Source: Synechococcus sp.
Lineage (GTDB): Bacteria; Cyanobacteriota; Cyanobacteriia; PCC-6307; Cyanobiaceae
Reading direction: 5' to 3'
Assembly: GCA_047284725.1 (NCBI GenBank)
Contig: JBJBEO010000001.1
Span: 862,044-926,043, forward strand
Length of the DNA: 64,000 nucleotides
The notes under the pieces were generated by a model. It was not told where the DNA came from. It made no database searches and saw only the letters and a program-made list of their open reading frames with translations. Position 1 is the stretch's first letter; each line of letters begins with the position of its first letter. This document shows, one piece after another, positions 61,901-64,000 of the stretch. A program made the translations under genes and the position numbers.

Positions 61901-64000
61901 CTGGAACCGTCGCCGATCGGGCCAGTCGTGGCGTCCGCCCATGCGGTGTAGGGTTTGCCTTGTGCCTCGAGCTGGGAAACGTCGGGGATAAATAAGGTCC
62001 CGCCGGCGACAACGCGGAGGTTACCGGCGATGACCTCGGCCTCGATGATGACGTCACCATCACCGGCAGAGTTGGTTTCAAGAACCACGGTCGAAGTTGG
62101 AGCGATGATTCCGTCGCCGCTGATCGTCAGATCTGGCCACGGGTAGGTGACATTGACCTCTGCGGTCACCGGCGTCACCGTGATGGTGACGTTGTCACCG
62201 ACGCCGAACGGATCGGAGAAGGTCACGCTGTCGCCAGCGACGTATCCGGTACCGAGGCCGGCGACGCTGAAGTCGATGTCACCGCTTGAGTCAACGAATA
62301 CCTCGAGCGCGAGGCCTTCTCCAATGCCACTGGTTGAGGACTGTTCGATGCGCTGATGGAAGAAGCTCGTCCCCGGATCGGTGGGATCATCGGGATCGTC
62401 AGTGCCCCAGCCGACGCTGGTGGCCTCGCTGGCGCTGAGCGTCATGTTGACCACCTGGGTGAACGTTCCACCGGCGGCCGCTGGGTCTCGAACGTCAAGG
62501 AGGTTCTGGACTGTGATGGTCGGTGCGTCCTCGCTGCTATCGGGAATCTGCGAGAAGTCCGCCGTCACTGCATTCCAGTTGCCCTCGTTTTGGTTGAAGG
62601 CGTTGTCCTCGTCGACCAGCGTCTGGTTATCAGAGGTGATCTTGGCGTTGCTGGTGACCTCGTTGCCGTTGAAGAACAGGCCGCCGTTGACCTCAGGAAT
62701 GGTGATGCCGAGGATGCGCAGGAACGCGGGGGTGTGGTTCTGGATCGTGACGTCCGCGTCACCCGGCGCTATCCACTCTCCGCTGCCGTATAGCTGATCG
62801 CCACGGATGTCGATCATGCCAGCCTCGGCATGCACGGGGTTGATCGTCACAGTCATGACGAACTGCTCGTTGGCTACCTGAGCACCCGCGTTCGGGCCGT
62901 CGGGCACGGTTTCGAGCAGACCGAGCGCTTCGAGCTCCGCCGTGATGCGAGACACCTCACTGGAGTAGAAGGTCACCAGCTCTTCGTTCTCCGGGTACGT
63001 GCTGAGCTGCGACTGCGCGAAATCGAGCTCTCGCAATAGACTGTTTTCGAGCTTCTCCTGATTTTGGGTGAAGCTGATATCGCCTTCATCGACCATGTCG
63101 TCGTCGGAATCACGGCTGATCACTGTGACAAGGCCAGTTGTGCGATCCCAGTCCTCCAGGATGAGTGTCTGCTTGCGCTTGATACCGGTCTCGACGGTGC
63201 CGTTATTGATGACTACGGCGTGCGCTTCCGCCAGGCTGTTGCCGACGTCGGCGAACTTGCTCGGTGCCGAGAACAGGTTTGCCGCCCAGCTGTGGCCCGC
63301 GTTAGTCGCCGCAACGTTGCTGAGGCCGACTTCTTCAGCGTGCAACCGCACTTCACGCGCTGACTGAAGATGTGCCCCGCTGGCGATGTTGATCTCGTTT
63401 TCTTGGAACAGGAATGCCTCTGCGTCGAGATCGTCCACCGGGATCGCCGCCGATGAGTAGCTGTCGACGCGCGACTCGATGTCATACCAGTCCTCGGAGA
63501 AGTCACCATCCTCCGCAACCGCGAAGCGGATGTCGCCGTCGGCGAGAATGTTTGCGCCGGAGCGAATGATGATCTCGTTCTCAGGGTTGATGTCGACGAG
63601 TGATTCCCCGATCACCACACCCACACCGCCGTTGGCTTCGGCACTGTTCTGGATCGATATGTCGCCCTCGCCCCGCGCCGTCGCGAGGAACATTCCCGAG
63701 CTGTAGATATCGGCATCACCAATATCGATCCGCGCGATGTCGTTGAGTGTACGGATCGTGGAGCTGGTTTTGGCGCCGGCACCCAGGCCAGAGGCCTCGA
63801 AGGTGATCTTGTCGTATGCCGTTATTTTGTTTTTGGCCTTGAGGGTTAAGACCTGGTCGTTGGTGGGCAGGCCGACGATGTCGATATCGGCGTCGTCTTC
63901 AATCTTGACGATCGTGACCAGATCCAGGTCGGTGTCGCTGTCGGCACCCGCGCCGCTGATCAGCGCCTTGGCCGAGCCGTCTAGGTTCGACGAGCCGCCG
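46963..64000 (-). CDS. Giant multidomain exoprotein (3' part; 5' end beyond the window)
   Basis: The tracked ORF 46963-63693 has 5,576 codons. My own translation of 63694-63999 in the same frame found no stop (…[26 protein letters not shown]…), so at least 5,678 codons are visible. The protein contains beta-helix-type repeats, Calx-beta-like modules, RTX nonapeptides, LamG-like modules and HExxHxxGxxH. Confidence 0.9.
   Translation of the reverse strand, partial: [5678 protein letters not shown]
47413..47445 (-). other. Metzincin-type zinc-binding signature [11 protein letters not shown] within the giant ORF
   Basis: The reverse complement of 47413-47445 reads CAC GAG ATC GGA CAC CTT ATC GGT ATA TCC CAT. 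It is preceded by [12 protein letters not shown] and followed by [11 protein letters not shown]. Confidence 0.75.
47875..48940 (-). other. Two tandem, mutually similar LamG/concanavalin-A-like modules within the giant ORF
   Basis: Both start DF-x-x-G...F-V and share a core ([16 protein letters not shown] versus [16 protein letters not shown]). The fold assignment is by eye only. Confidence 0.5.
49230..52025 (-). repeat. RTX (GGxGxDxUx) calcium-binding nonapeptide block within the giant ORF
   Basis: At least a dozen readable runs, including [120 protein letters not shown] and [20 protein letters not shown]. Confidence 0.85.
53280..54380 (-). other. Three tandem Calx-beta/cadherin-like beta-sandwich modules within the giant ORF
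   Basis: Module boundaries are marked by [26 protein letters not shown] and [25 protein letters not shown]. Each is followed by TDTY-x-V-R-L and V-T-V segments. Confidence 0.5.
55900..56700 (-). repeat. Tandem repeats of about 240 nt (about 80 aa), beta-helix type, within the giant ORF
   Basis: [27 protein letters not shown]... recurs as [21 protein letters not shown]..., with near-identical nucleotide strings near 56111 and 56351. Confidence 0.6.

Noticed and set aside
46963-64000. Naming the giant ORF as the known Synechococcus motility protein SwmB or an S-layer RTX protein
   Set aside because: I cannot recall sequence-level features that would establish orthology. Size and habitat alone are not evidence.
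47000-64000. Repetitive DNA considered as a CRISPR-like or other non-coding array
   Set aside because: All repeats lie in one continuous reading frame and translate to coherent protein repeats. There is no repeat-spacer periodicity.

Overview
All family names below come from motifs read by eye; no database search was run. The window looks like a high-GC (about 60%) chromosome segment from a marine picocyanobacterium, probably Synechococcus-like. It splits into three parts.

(1) 1-40.6 kb is a dense run of core genes. Recognisable ones include ychF, a peptide-type ABC binding protein plus permease, hom, sufE, ruvC, chlI, petG, rsmD, hisH, trxA, guaB, a CAAD-domain protein, gyrA, crtL, a GH57 enzyme, leuA, folD, crtE and a RecD-like helicase. 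Small conserved cyanobacterial ORFs lie between them (DUF3104-like, Nif11-like, YkoF-like).

(2) 40.6-47.0 kb is a sharply lower-GC accessory island; hand-counted 60-nt lines give 38-45% GC.
- It holds a 5'-truncated, frameshifted metzincin-module gene fragment.
- It holds a tightly coupled five-gene plus-strand operon: O-methyltransferase, radical SAM enzyme, two mutually related unknown proteins, and a P-loop kinase.
- It holds a small DUF3467-like ORF.
- I do not recognise the operon as any described pathway. It is my best candidate for an undescribed system.

(3) 47.0-64.0 kb is the 3' part of one giant minus-strand gene.
- At least 5,678 codons are visible, and the frame is still open at the window edge.
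- It encodes a beta-helix / Calx-beta-like / RTX / LamG-like / HExxHxxGxxH exoprotein.

No rRNA, tRNA, CRISPR array, transposase or integrase was seen.
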